Shown here piece after piece: positions 22,111 to 37,079 of a stretch of 64,000 nt of DNA. This DNA comes from Asterionella formosa. Its lineage: Eukaryota. The translations under genes and the position numbers were made by a program. Location of the stretch: assembly GCA_002256025.1 (NCBI GenBank), contig NKIB01012542.1:1-64000 (forward strand), read 5' to 3'. How positions within the stretch are numbered: the first letter of the stretch is position 1; every line of letters begins with the position of its first letter. A model generated the notes under the pieces. The model ran no database searches and was not told where the DNA came from. It saw only the letters and a list, made by a program, of their open reading frames with translations.

Positions 22111-23172
22111 TCATTGACCTCTCACAGACAACCCCTGCGCTCGAAGCCAATTGGCAACAAGTTCTGTGACAATTTTGCCACCTGCCTCATTGAGATGAAG
22201 TCCTTCGAACATGACTTGATTGTTGATAAGCTTGGCCAGCTGAGTGAGTGAGGTCCCAAGGACGACATGGGGAAATGAAAATAGGAATGCCGGGACGAAC
22301 ATGTACCGAACAGGCCACTTGATTTGGTCTCTCCTGATCTTGCTGACCAAGGTTTTGTTAACATCTAACAGCGTGCACTGGTCCTTGTACTTGACTGCAA
22401 TCTCCCTTATCCGTTGGTTCGCTTGGTCAACAATCTGAGTGTTGGCTTGATTCATCAAATCTTCACCTAGTGGTGGCAACGTACAAAGACCCACCTGCAT
22501 CTGCGGGTGATGCTGTATCAATCGCTTCACCATAGTCTCCACGTTGCATTCCAGTCTCTCCAAACTCAGCCGTTCGGGAGTCCACCACATGGTCTCCAGC
22601 TGCCACCTCCACGCCCAGTTGTAAATCCCTCGACAATCGTTGGTTCCAATCATAAGAACGACATAGTTCGGCTCACAGGCAAGCGCCCAATCAATTCGTT
22701 CGTGTAGGCACGTATGAGTGACAAGGTTGTTCTGGCCACAATTGACAACATGCAACAGCTCGTCTTGGCACCATATTTCATAAGCTGTCGCCTTGCCGCC
22801 TCCGTAAAGATCACCAACCCAATTGGCGGATACCGTGCCGTGAGTCAATGAGTCGCCCAAGCAAACCAGGGTTGGCGCTTCCGACTTGTTTGACTCTTTC
22901 CAGTGGATATAGTGCCAAGCGTCATTTCTAGGTGCTCGAGTGCCACGTTCAATGATGAACAATCCCAAAACAGAGAATAGAATCAACAAGGCGCCGGATA
23001 GTGAGAAGTTCCCGTTGTTGTCACTCCTTTGATGAACTGCCAACTTGACGCCAACTGAAATCAATGCAACTAGGAGAGCAAAGAATACTTCGAATCCTCG
23101 TCGATCTTGCTGTTTCGTCACCTTGCTGCGCGTACCCCTAGTACCGTTAGTAGGATGAAGATTGAAGGCCAT
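22111..23172 (-). CDS. SGNH/GDSL hydrolase with two N-terminal TM helices
   Basis: Block I LVCLGDSLTHG, block II VVNCGQN, block III LMIGTND, block V EGLHLNEAG. The start is placed at MAFNL (23172); the upstream ORF extension is translated GGTACC repeat. Confidence 0.85.
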   Translation of the reverse strand: MAFNLHPTNGTRGTRSKVTKQQDRRGFEVFFALLVALISVGVKLAVHQRSDNNGNFSLSGALLILFSVLGLFIIERGTRAPRNDAWHYIHWKESNKSEAPTLVCLGDSLTHGTVSANWVGDLYGGGKATAYEIWCQDELLHVVNCGQNNLVTHTCLHERIDWALACEPNYVVLMIGTNDCRGIYNWAWRWQLETMWWTPERLSLERLECNVETMVKRLIQHHPQMQVGLCTLPPLGEDLMNQANTQIVDQANQRIREIAVKYKDQCTLLDVNKTLVSKIRRDQIKWPVRYMFVPAFLFSFPHVVLGTSLTQLAKLINNQVMFEGLHLNEAGGKIVTELVANWLRAQGLSVRGQ

Positions 23173-23472
23173 GATGCATGATGACGATGACGAGTCAGAC
23201 TGCAACAATATGGGAGGGGAGAGGTAAGAATCCGACAACCTGGTACCCTGGTACCAGGAACACGTGTACATCACAGCAATACTACCTGGTACCGGTATTA
23301 CCGGTACTGATACCGGTTGTACCAGGGTACCAGGTACCTGGTACCGGTATGGTACCATGCAACGGCATTGCTTTTGCATATATACAAATACAGATATTTG
23401 TACTTTGTTCTCATCAAAATGCAATCATAATCTTTAGATCACAGTCAGTGCCTTTGAAGTGGTGGACGTACA

Positions 23473-25409
23473 ATGAACCTTTGGGATCAGCTGCTCCTCT
23501 TGTTGTCGATCATTACAGCCATTGATGTCTTCTTCGTACTAAAAGAAGACTATTCGCAGCAAGCCCTTCCTGGCAATCAAGTGACGAGTGAAGGCGGACG
23601 CATACCCAGTCGATCTGAGTGGAAAGTGGCAAGCGAAAGCAAAGCCAATGTTGGTCTAACAATCCAATCAGATAAAGCTCCAGATAACGACGCAAACGAT
23701 CAAGAAAAACCTAAAGAAGAAGAAAAAGAAATTCAAGATGATGGGTTTCACAAGATTGCTGGTTTGAACTGCGACGCTTACGGCGGACCATCCGAGGAAT
23801 TTACCAAGGAAATGGTATATTGGCGAGATATTCCCACGGATGCCCAGTTCGTTTCGCCATTCAAGCACACCGGACCAGAACCCAAGTATCTTACGTTTGA
23901 ACCTGATGAAGGAGGATGGAACAACATTCGAATGAGCATGGAGACAGCAGGTACGTAGTACAGATTTAGGGCCATTTCATTTACAGAATTGAACTAATGC
24001 CAATTCAATGCAATTATTTCAAGTCGCAATGTCCCATGCAATGGGAAGAATCCTTGTCATGCCCCCCGAGCAAGGCATGTATTTACTCCACAAAGGCGAC
24101 TCCGGTCAAAAAAACCGTTTTTCCTTTACTGATTTCTTTCATTTCGATTCAATGGCGGTGGAGCACGCCGGAGTAGAAATTATTTCTTTTGAAGAATTCC
24201 TGAAGCGAGAAGTCATGGATGGTCAAATGAAAGACAAGGAGGGAAACGTTGCATTTCCTCCATACAATCGCACCAACTGGAACGGTGTTGACAAAAAGGA
24301 AGTCAATGATTTGGACAAATGGGTCAGAACCTTTGCGACTAACCCAATATGGGCGTTCGACGAGTGCATGGCAGCTTTTCCAGCCAAGGTTGGTGATGCC
24401 GGACCTAACCGCATGAAAAATTGGCTTCAGGAAGTGAAAAAGACTAAATTCGAAAAGAGAAAATTGGAATTTTTTGGGCATCCGGTGCCAGTGGATGCAC
24501 GCCCACTGACACGATTGCGGGAGAATCTGGCTCATCGTAGTGAACTTTGCATCTATGACAAAGAATTACAAGATGCAAAAGTCTTTCATTTAATGGGAGA
24601 CAATGCCAGTGGAGCAAGATTGTTGGTTCATTTCTATGCATTCTTATTCTTTGAAGATTGGAAACAAGATCTTTGGACAAAGCGATTTGTGAGAGATCAC
24701 CTTCGGGTACGTTGATTCGTCATTATTGGATCCAAAACTGTACCATTGATTTATATTGTCATTTACTTACCCTGCCATGAGCATGTTGATTCTGTCGGTG
24801 TAGTATGTTGACGAGATTCAATGTGCCGCAGCTCGAGTAGTGGCGGCTGTTCGACAAAAGGCCCGAGAAAATGGAGACCCCGAAGGCAAATACACAAGCT
24901 TTCATATTCGCCGTGGAGACTTTCAGTATAAGGACACTCGTGTCGAAGCCAGTGTCATTTACGAAAATGTCAAGGATGTACTTAGGGATAATGAGACAGT
25001 GTACATTGCAACAGATGAACGAAACAAAAAGTTCTTCAATATTCTTAAAGAGCACTACAATGTGTATTTTCTCGACGACTTCAAGCCAGAGCTCAAAGAG
25101 ATTAACACAAACTTCTTTGGTATGCTGGATCAACGTATTGCCTCCCGAGGAGAAACTTTTATTGGCTGTTACTATTCCACATTTACAGGCTACATTAATC
25201 GAATGCGAGGCTACCACAACCAGTTGTCAAAGGGAGAGGGATGGGAAGATGGTATCATTCAAAGTTACTATTACATACCAAAAGCGCACAAGCTTGATGT
25301 CCGGGAATATAGGCCAATTACTCCAGCCATGTGGGCTAGAGAGTTTCCAGTGGGGTGGCGAGATTTGGATCGAGGGATAGAGGGGCTTGCTTCCAGTGGT
25401 GTTCAATAA
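23473..25409 (+). CDS. GDP-fucose protein O-fucosyltransferase-like glycosyltransferase (introns 23951-24023, 24707-24803)
   Basis: N-terminal anchor, YLTFEPDEGGWNNIRMSMETA|VAMSHAMGRILVMPP, RDHLR|YVDEIQC, FHIRRGDFQ, VYIATDE and FIGCYYSTFTGYINRMRG. Both GT...AG introns restore frame. Confidence 0.88.
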
Positions 25410-26264
25410 GATTCCCCTTGTCTTAATTGCTTGAAATCCATATGCTCAAGATATATTGTTGTGGCAGCATGTATGTCATGATCATACTGATCCCGGTTTG
25501 CATTGAAATTTTATAATACTTTTGGGTGCTACAAAATTTTTTTTAAAGTGTGGAGAATATATTTTCAGTTTAAATCAAAATTAGCATGCTGTTGCATGAT
25601 CATTTTCAAATATTATGGTACCCTATCCAAAATGATAAGAACCCCCCCCCCACCTGCAGGTATATACAGGTACTGGTATATTTGTAGAATCCCTTCTGAA
25701 TGCACAGAAGGATGTGATGTATCTTAATTTCTTATACCTAGACTTAGTTGGATTGTTACATACTGGTGGTGGTACTGCGACATACGATTATTTTATTTGT
25801 ATCACGTATAAATGCACAGGTACATAATGGTTACTGTATAGACTCTCCAATACAGAAAAAAATTCTGAAACAAGTACCATATGAAACAAAGAAAATATAA
25901 TAGCAATATTTTCTAAAGAGCAGCAAGGAATCCACTGGTCAAGCTACATATTTCTCTGGGTTCCCTTTGGGGCCATGGCAAAAGAGCAAACACTCATAGC
26001 GCAGTGCAAAGGTACCAGCAGCAAACTGCCTGCATCATCATCCTCCTCCCTACTCAGTGCAACAAAAGCTGTAACTAGCAGCAATCTGATCACTGGCAAA
26101 ATCAAGAAAATACAAGCACTAATGATGGTGAACTACTACACTTATGATGATGTGGTGATGGTGCTAGGACCAAAATGAGAGACATTTGCAGTGAAGCTTT
26201 CCAAATCAATTGAAATAGCAAGAGACTATATTGAAACAAAAGAAAAAAAATCAAGAACTAATGG

Positions 26265-26370
26265 TGAAAGCCAAGCAATGACATGAGTGAAAAATAAAGG
26301 ACTACTGGCAAAAGCCAAGAAATGACATCAGAGAGCAATCAATGACAGCTGGCAAAAGCCAAGCAATTCC
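26265..26370 (+). repeat. Three degenerate ~42-bp direct repeats (core AAAGCCAAG.AAT)
   Basis: The core recurs at ~26268, ~26311 and ~26355, within an AT-rich non-coding, probably TE-derived region. Confidence 0.55.
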
Positions 26371-27525
26371 TCAATAAATCGTGTACACATTGTTGATTAG
26401 AGGTTGACTCTAAGATCAGGTCACGATATGAACAAGACCATGAAAAAGTGTGTGAGGCAAATAAATCCTTAATTTTCCTTCCTGTTGAAGTAAGAATCAG
26501 GCGTCACAATCTTTATCAGAAGCATCAATGGGTTGAATCAGTCGATTTGGCCTTCAACGCCTTGTATTGCTGTACCAGGGTGGCAGATATTACCAACGGA
26601 GCTTGGCTTCGCCTTGCACCACTATGGAAAAGAAATTAATGGAGATGTCCCTGGATCCGGAAGAAAAAGATGTGAATAGCTAGATATGGGTGTCTACAAA
26701 GGGACAAGTGCAATTTTTAGTCAGTTTAAATGTACTTTAAATATTAGTAGTGAAAATCTCTGGCCGACATTAACAGTGCAGTCAAAGATATTTGTTTCAA
26801 GATAAATGATACTGTAGTTATTTTTCAAACCTACTTCGGAATGAGGAAGTGACTATCCACCCAAATTTCCACCACCCCACCTTACATGGGCCATGGAGGA
26901 GTGTGATGACAGTGAACCTAGAAATAGAATACTAGTAGTAAGAATGCGCTATAAAAATGATTAAAACATAAAAATACTGCAGAGACTCTATATTCTACAG
27001 TATTACTAGACAATAAAAAGTACACTGAAAGAGCAACAGAGCACCTAGCTACTACTAGTATGCATGTGTACATGTCGTGTTGAAAAGGTCCATACTCCTT
27101 TCTGCAGGCTGGATCTCTTCATGTAGGCTCTTATGTGCTCGTATTTCTACCTATTACCACTTAGTTTTTCTCTCTGTTCTGCTTCTAGTCTTCCTGCTAG
27201 ATAAACTGATTGACCTTACTGTCAATTAGCTAGTACTAACACACTGTTTCATCTTCAACTGATAATCTAAAATTTAATTATAAGCTAAACTAAATATTTC
27301 CTTTCCATGCATCTTTGCTTCCCACAAACAATTCATTCTAAGACTCTCTTCGAATTTCCACTTGAAATTTTCATAGAAATCTTCAATCTTAGATCTCATT
27401 AGATTTGTGATTGACATGGCAATGCAAGATTCGACTCGTTGGATTACAATCGAGTCCACAATCCTCGTGACTCGAGCAAATATTCTTGACATACATGCCG
27501 GTACATGTACATACATACCCTGGTA

Positions 27526-27852
27526 CCAGTAAAAAATGCATTGACCCACTGGGAAAAATTTCGAACTGGTTTAAAAATCACGTTTTTTTATGAAAAATCA
27601 TTCATTTTCTATTTCTTAAGCTCCAGAATGTATCTTGTGGATTTACCGGATGGAGTCATACTGTTAGTTCTCTACCGATTTGACGTCGATTCGTTAATTT
27701 AGGTCAAAAGTGGCGATCGGAAAAAAGTGAAAAGCACGGATTATCCCAAGTTTGGAGTTCTCATCTTATATTGTGTACAACGATGTATATAAATTTCTCG
27801 CATTTTGGGCATTATCCATAACCTTGACAACAATAATTTAGTAAATAAAAAT
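27526..27852 (+). mobile_element. Truncated tandem copy of the left arm of MITE family B
   Basis: Near-identical to 27879-28210. Starts TA|CCAGTAAAAAATGCATTGACCCACTG. Confidence 0.85.
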
Positions 27853-27878
27853 ATACGCACATACCCTGGTACCAGGTA

Positions 27879-28698
27879 CCAGTAGAAAACTGCATTGACC
27901 CACTGGGAAAAATGTCGAACTGGTATTAAAAACACGTTTTGTTATGAAAAATCATTCATTTTCTATTTCTTAATCTTCAGAATGTATCTTGAGCATATAC
28001 CGGATGGAGTCATTCTGTTAGTTTTCAACCGATTGGACGTCGATCTTTCGTTAATTTAGGTCAAAAGTGGCGATCGAAAAAGAAGTGAAAAGCACGGATT
28101 ATCCCAAGTTTGGAGTTCTCATCTTATATTGTGTACAACGATGCATATAAATTTCTCGCATTTTGTGTCTTATCCATAACCTTGTCAATAATTATTCAAT
28201 AAATAAAAATTGATGAAATCCGGCGCAGCCGTGTAATGCCAGCATCTATGTAGGCAGACCATTATAATTGGTACGGAGTACCTTTTACCTGGTACATATA
28301 AATATGCACCCATGGCTGTGCACAAAACTGATACTGTACATCTATTGTACCTGGTACCAGGTACCGGTATCATGTATGGAGCATCATGCATTTTATGATG
28401 TCTTTTCGCTTTGAACCAAACAGGATAATCCGTGTTCACCAACGAATATAAAATTACTTTCAGGTATGCGAAAAATTTAATATACTGCATTGACCCACTG
28501 ATACTGAATTTTACGTCTAGATGTATATAAATATCTTCTGAACCATATGTTCAATTTAACTAGGAAAAGGATGCTAATGTACCGACGCCTTATGCCATCA
28601 ATACTTCCGAACAGATTTCAGAGAGAGGAGAGCTAAGTGTTAGTCGAAATAATCAAACGAATGGGATAAAACAGTGGGTCAATGCAGTTTTTTACTGG
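27879..28698 (+). mobile_element. ~820-bp non-autonomous TIR element (MITE family B, Tc1/mariner-like by TA flanks)
   Basis: TA|CCAGTAGAAAACTGCATTGACCCACTG ... CAGTGGGTCAATGCAGTTTTTTACTGG|TA. Full-length inverted homologue at 40186-40981. No coding capacity. Confidence 0.9.
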
Positions 28699-29012
28699 TA
28701 CCAGGTACCAGGTACCCCTGATACTGGTACCAGGGTACCTGGTACCATCAACTGCAGCATCACTGATGGACTTCTTTTCTTTCTCTATGTTTCGATTCGC
28801 TTCGTTAAGTACCGTCGTATCATTTGACCGTAGAATCCTCAGTTCTTGACTGGCTGCATTGGAAAAACTTGTTGAAAATAGCATGAACGCACGGATTCCG
28901 ACATTAAAACCGACCAGTAGCTTGAGAAATATTTGCTTCTTGATCTAGTAAGCGATCATAACGAGAGAACGGCAGCTTCAAGTACCATTTCGAGTTTTAC
29001 GAAGCTCTCAAG

Positions 29013-31755
<2,743 letters not shown>

Positions 31756-31900
31756 GGCCCATGACTTAGGTATTTAGCCACTTCTTCATTGCAAATTAAA
31801 GGGAGATAACAAGAAATTCAAAAGAAAATTATATAAATGGCGTGAAGTATCACGACTCTAAATTACACGATCGATTCCTGGTAAAGCAACTAGCTGTGAC

Positions 31901-33472
31901 TTAGCAATTTAGGAAAATGTATTTGCTCTCCAAATATTCTGCCAAGCCCAACGAAGACCCCTCTCTTCCGAGACCACTCTCTTTGATCCCGCCAAATGGA
32001 GCTGATGCGGTGCTGATGATGCCATCATTTACTCCAACAATTCCATATTCTAACCCCTTTGCAAATCTGAACGCTCGCCCGAGATCCTTGGTGCAAAAGT
32101 AAGACGCCAATCCAAAGTTGGAATCGTTTGCAATTCCTCTTGCTTCATCCTCAGTCTCAAAGGATCGAATTGCAGCTACAGGCCCAAACGTCTCAGACTT
32201 CCAAATCTGACTGTCAGTAGACACATTAGTCAATATGGTGGCCTCGTGAAAATTAGGACCGAGCTCAGGAAGTAAATTTCCACCAACTACACAGTTTGCA
32301 CCCTCTACCAAAGCATCATGTACCTTCCTTTGAATATTTTGTGCTGCCCGAGCGGTAATGACAGGTCCAAGCGTTGTATCGTTCTCCATACCAGGTCCAA
32401 CCTTGAGCGCCTTGACCTTTTCACTGAATTTGTGGACAAATTCATCGTGTACACTGGAATGCAACAAGAATCGATCTGCACATATGCACGTTTGTCCGGC
32501 ATTGCGAAACTTGGAAGCAACCGCACTCGTCACGGCCTGGTCAATATCAGCGTCTTCAAAGACGACAAAGGGTGCATTGCCGCCTAGCTCGAGCGAGAGC
32601 TTTTTCACGGTATCTGCACTTGACTTCATCAGGAGTTTGCCCACTGCAGTGGAACCAGTAAAGGATATCTTTCGAATTTGAGAAGATTCGCACAGGGCCT
32701 CTCCAACCTCTGGTGTATGAGCCTTATCGGTTGTAATCAATTGCAACACATTGTCAGGAATGCCAGCGTCTCTGGCAAGGGTCTGAAGGGCGATTGCAGT
32801 CAGTGGTGTCAACTCACTTGGCTTGACGATCGCAGTACATCCAGCTGCTAGTGCTGGCCCAACCTTCCGCGTTATCATGGCAATTGGAAAATTCCAAGGC
32901 GTAATCAATCCAGTAACACCAATGGCTTGCTGAATCGCGATAATTTGACCTCGAGGAGTCCCATCGCCATGGCTAAATGGTGTTGGCGACAAGAACCCAC
33001 CGCCTGCATTCGTGGGTCGAATAGCTTCTCCAGCGTAGTAATCTAAAAATGATGTTCCATAGTTGACTTCCCCCAGAGACTCAGAAAGCGGCTTCCCCGA
33101 CTCAAGTGTCATCAAGGTGGCAATATCTCGTTTGTTCGCTTGAATGAGTTGGGACCACTTGGTAAGCAACGCCGCTCGATGAGCTGCTGTCGTGCCATCT
33201 CTCCATGCTGGCAAGGCTGCAGCGGATAACTCTATCATGCGCTCACAATCATGGCGTGTTTGTAGCGGCACTTTTGTGACAGTGTGGAATGGGTCGGCGG
33301 GATTCATGACAGCGAACGTGGGAGTGTCTTGTGAAACAGAGGGGAGGAGAGAAGGATTCTCCAAGTAACTGGACACCGACATCGCCGAGAACGCTAGAGT
33401 TCGTTGAGCGAGACTAGCTGTCATCAACGCCAACGGTCGTTGAACCATCATCTTGGAGGCAAGCACTGACAT
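31901..33472 (-). CDS. ALDH5A1: Succinate-semialdehyde dehydrogenase, probably mitochondrial
   Basis: ITPWNFPIAMITRK, SFTGSTAVGK, LELGGNAP, FRNAGQTCIC, ETFGP and PFGGIKESGLGREGS. The N-terminus is presequence-like. Confidence 0.93.
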   Translation of the reverse strand: MSVLASKMMVQRPLALMTASLAQRTLAFSAMSVSSYLENPSLLPSVSQDTPTFAVMNPADPFHTVTKVPLQTRHDCERMIELSAAALPAWRDGTTAAHRAALLTKWSQLIQANKRDIATLMTLESGKPLSESLGEVNYGTSFLDYYAGEAIRPTNAGGGFLSPTPFSHGDGTPRGQIIAIQQAIGVTGLITPWNFPIAMITRKVGPALAAGCTAIVKPSELTPLTAIALQTLARDAGIPDNVLQLITTDKAHTPEVGEALCESSQIRKISFTGSTAVGKLLMKSSADTVKKLSLELGGNAPFVVFEDADIDQAVTSAVASKFRNAGQTCICADRFLLHSSVHDEFVHKFSEKVKALKVGPGMENDTTLGPVITARAAQNIQRKVHDALVEGANCVVGGNLLPELGPNFHEATILTNVSTDSQIWKSETFGPVAAIRSFETEDEARGIANDSNFGLASYFCTKDLGRAFRFAKGLEYGIVGVNDGIISTASAPFGGIKESGLGREGSSLGLAEYLESKYIFLNC

Positions 33473-33869
33473 GGGTAAACGATAAAACCTGATCAGATGT
33501 TCATCAGTGTTGTCATGTTGGTTTCGGTACCAGGTATGCTACAGTTTGATTTGATATGTACATACATATTTCACGTGAGTGAAGCTATCGTTGCATCTTG
33601 CTTCCGCGACATCATTTTCTTATGTACTGGGACTGGTACCTTGGTTGCTATCGTAGCGATAGTATAGTATGTATTTTGCATCCCTGTTCCTGGTACCAGG
33701 TACCAGTACCTCCCAGTCTACCCTGGTGCCTAGTATGGTACCTACCTGGTACCAGGTACCATACTAGGTACCGGACGTGGTACAAATCGAATGAATCATT
33801 GCAACGCGATCATACTGGACCAGTTGCGTAATTTATCTGATTCATGACACTTTCCTTTCGCTCGTGACC

Positions 33870-36800
33870 ATGACAAACGAGAATTCGAACCGCAACTGGC
33901 TCATCTTTCTATTGGCGTTTCCCTTACTGCTTATCACGGAATCTCTGTGGCGAGCTCTTACTAGCAACTACGGACGGTCTATCCAGCGAAGTCTTCGAGA
34001 ACCACGTCAATGGAATACTCCCAAATTCTCTGCGTCCAAGGAAGGCAGGGTTCTAAATGTTCACATCGTCCCACATACACACGACGACGTGGGATGGCTC
34101 AAAACTGTCGAGCAGTATTACCACGGCCTTAATCAATCGATTCAACATGCTCACGTCCAAAGCATATTGACCACGGTTGTCCAAGCCCTAGTCGCCAACC
34201 CGAATCGGACATTCACCTACGTGGAAACCAAGTACTTTAGTATGTGGTGGACAGAACAATGCGACCATGTCAAGGAGACTGTCAAAGAATTAATTCAAAA
34301 TGGTCAATTTGTATTTGTCAATGGAGGCTGGTGTATGCATGATGAAGGTGCAACGCACTTCATGGGCATGATCGATCAAACTACTCTAGGCCATGACTTT
34401 CTCAGGAAAGAACTGGGCGTCATTCCAACTGTTGGGTGGCAGTTGGATCCATTTGGACACTCAGCGACGCAAGCAAGTTATATGACGCATGAAATGGGAT
34501 TTGATGCCCTGTATTTTGGACGAATTGATTATCAAGACTTAAAGAAGCGACACGACGAACAGGAATGTGAAGGATTGTGGGCGTCGACTGCAAACCAGTC
34601 GTCCGTCTTTTGGGGTTTAACAGGTAGCTATGGAGGAAACTATGGCCCTCCAGGTGGATTTTGTTTTGATATCAATTGTGACGATGAACCGATTGTGGAT
34701 ATGGATGAAGAACGCTTGTTAGAAAAAGTCACTGTCTGGGCAACAAGTCTTCAGGCAGAAGCTAGTCGGACCAAGGGCAATCATATCATGCAAACAATGG
34801 GGTCTGATTTTGCGTACGAGCAAGCTGCATTTAATTTTGCAAACTACGATCTCTTGATGAACAAGTTGCTGGAGTATCAAGAGACAAAGCAAATTGACAT
34901 ACCTTCTATTTTTGGGCCTGATTATGATCGATTGAATATCTTCTACTCAACACCCGCCTATTACACGGAAATGAAGAACAAGGAAGCGGTAACAAACAAT
35001 GGAGTCATTGACTGGAAAATCAAGAATGATGATTTCATGCCGTACGCTGATGTGGACCATGGATTTTGGACAGGTTACTTTACCTCTCGAACTGGATTCA
35101 AGCGTTTGGAGCGTGTCGGATCATCGTTTCTTCTTGCTGCGAGACAAATTGAAAGCATGCATCGAGTTGGTGTCAATGTAGGAATGGGGGACTGCAAATG
35201 TATGCAGCCTTTGTATGATTTGGAAGATGCACTTGGTGTGTCACAACATCATGATGCCATTTCTGGAACTGCCAAACAGCATGTTGCGGATGATTATGCC
35301 AAGCGCCTTCATGCAGGCATTGACAAGGCCGCCTCGTATGTGAGCAAGAAAATCAAGAAGATGTTGTTCAACGAAAGCGATTTGGAGATATACTTCAATG
35401 ATATAATGTTTTGTCAGCTCTTAAATGAAACCAAATGTGAGGTGTCTGAGAGGGCTTCAAAAGATGATGACTATGTCATTTTTATTGTGGTATACAACCC
35501 ATTAGCTACCATTCATCAGACCGTGATTGGTATTCCTATCGAAATGCCACGTGTAGGAAAAGAGTTATTGGCCAATAGAGTAGGCGATAGAAGCGTTCTG
35601 CGTTCAAGAACGATTCCACCTAAAAAGAAAGGTGGCAAGTTTATTTACTACTTTGACACTGGCCCTATGCCACCAACTGGGGCAGTGTTGTATAAATTGG
35701 TGTGGAGTAATGAAATTGATGGTATTGACACATCAACCTTCCAACAAAGAGACGCCGAAGCCGACGGAGGTATTACTACTGTTTCAAATGGGGTGCTTAC
35801 AGTTGCCTTTGACAGCATGTCAGGTGGGATTAAGAATGTGAAAACGGTGGATGGCATCTCCCTTGACCTGTCGCAAGAGTGGGGCTACTATACTTCTTTT
35901 GATTCGGGTGGACAGGACTCTGGAGCCTATATTTTTCGTCCATCTGAACCAGACGCCAAGATATCAGAAATCAAGCCAAGGAGTGTTGTCTTTGAACAAA
36001 ATGAACTGGTCACTGAAATCATTGTAGAGTTTGAAAATCCTTGGATTCAGCAGACAATGCGTCTCTACGAGAATAAGAGCTTCATTGAAGTTGAATACAC
36101 GATTGGTCCTATACCCATAGATGACGGAGTTGGAAAAGAAATAGTCACAAAATACTCATCTGGAATAAAGAACAATGGGGTGTTCTACACTGATTCCAAC
36201 GGCCGAGAGTTCATGAAACGTATTCGCAACTTCCGTCCTACTTGGCAGCTGAACAATACTGAGCCAGTGGCTGGAAACTACTACCCAGTGAATAGTGCAA
36301 TTTTCATTGAAGACAACATTGCATCACTTGGTATTGCCACTGATCGCTCAATTGGTGGGTCATCACTGGAGGATGGAACTGTCGAAGTCATGGTTCAGCG
36401 GCGCATTTTACGGGACGACTTTCGAGGTGTCGGTGAGGCACTCAACGAAACAACGAGGGGAGTCAATCCGTATCCTCCATATGGCGATGCCACAAGGCAA
36501 GGAGAGGGAATCATCATCAAGGGCATGCATCGATTGGTCATCGGGGGAGGTGGTTATGGGGCCAAATTCGCTCGATTGCAGATGGATGAGATGTTTGCAA
36601 GTCCTTTGGTCTTCGCTGCAAGTGCTCCATCTGCCACTCCAATCTCAGTGCTGGATAATAGTTTTGCATTGATTCAAGAGGCATTACCAACCAACGTAAT
36701 GCTCATCACATATAAGCTGCTTCCAGACGCTCCAGCAACAACCTTTTTGGTTCGCCTGGGGCATCAGTTTGGTGAAGGTGAAGATCCACATGGGTATTCT

Positions 36801-37079
36801 AGCCCAACCAGGGTTTGCCTGTCAAAACTAGTCTTGCCATACTCCATTGTTTCCATTGTGGAAATGACCCTTTCTGGAAATCAAGTCCATGCAGCATGGT
36901 CAAGAACGAGAATGAATTGGACTGGAGAAATTGTACCGCGTCGGACACCAGTGGCATGTCTTGGGGACAGCTGTATGATTGAGTTAAACCCAATGGAAAT
37001 TCGTACTTTTCATATAAACGTCGTGAAGGAAGGAGGTTTGGATGTCCCAAACGGGGAGTCATGGAGATCTAAAGAATGA
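33870..37079 (+). CDS. GH38 lysosomal/vacuolar-type alpha-mannosidase
   Basis: VPHTHDDVGWLKT, GGWCMHDE, GWQLDPFGHS, WTGYFTSR, QHHDAISGT, FYTDSNGRE and AGNYYP. N-terminal hydrophobic segment. Confidence 0.95.
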   Translation: MTNENSNRNWLIFLLAFPLLLITESLWRALTSNYGRSIQRSLREPRQWNTPKFSASKEGRVLNVHIVPHTHDDVGWLKTVEQYYHGLNQSIQHAHVQSILTTVVQALVANPNRTFTYVETKYFSMWWTEQCDHVKETVKELIQNGQFVFVNGGWCMHDEGATHFMGMIDQTTLGHDFLRKELGVIPTVGWQLDPFGHSATQASYMTHEMGFDALYFGRIDYQDLKKRHDEQECEGLWASTANQSSVFWGLTGSYGGNYGPPGGFCFDINCDDEPIVDMDEERLLEKVTVWATSLQAEASRTKGNHIMQTMGSDFAYEQAAFNFANYDLLMNKLLEYQETKQIDIPSIFGPDYDRLNIFYSTPAYYTEMKNKEAVTNNGVIDWKIKNDDFMPYADVDHGFWTGYFTSRTGFKRLERVGSSFLLAARQIESMHRVGVNVGMGDCKCMQPLYDLEDALGVSQHHDAISGTAKQHVADDYAKRLHAGIDKAASYVSKKIKKMLFNESDLEIYFNDIMFCQLLNETKCEVSERASKDDDYVIFIVVYNPLATIHQTVIGIPIEMPRVGKELLANRVGDRSVLRSRTIPPKKKGGKFIYYFDTGPMPPTGAVLYKLVWSNEIDGIDTSTFQQRDAEADGGITTVSNGVLTVAFDSMSGGIKNVKTVDGISLDLSQEWGYYTSFDSGGQDSGAYIFRPSEPDAKISEIKPRSVVFEQNELVTEIIVEFENPWIQQTMRLYENKSFIEVEYTIGPIPIDDGVGKEIVTKYSSGIKNNGVFYTDSNGREFMKRIRNFRPTWQLNNTEPVAGNYYPVNSAIFIEDNIASLGIATDRSIGGSSLEDGTVEVMVQRRILRDDFRGVGEALNETTRGVNPYPPYGDATRQGEGIIIKGMHRLVIGGGGYGAKFARLQMDEMFASPLVFAASAPSATPISVLDNSFALIQEALPTNVMLITYKLLPDAPATTFLVRLGHQFGEGEDPHGYSSPTRVCLSKLVLPYSIVSIVEMTLSGNQVHAAWSRTRMNWTGEIVPRRTPVACLGDSCMIELNPMEIRTFHINVVKEGGLDVPNGESWRSKE

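Noticed and set aside
23240..23360. GGTACC arrays as CRISPR repeats, telomeric repeats or KpnI/cloning artefacts
   Set aside because: There is no constant repeat-spacer period, and units are mixed in length and orientation. They coincide with TE junctions and promoters, which an artefact would not explain.
23173..23424. N-terminal 84 codons of the 437-aa ORF and other short ORFs containing YQVPGT/WYLVP peptides (e.g. 5965-6519, 18107-18298, 33598-33831, 40511-40726)
   Set aside because: These peptides are translations of the GGTACC arrays, not protein motifs.
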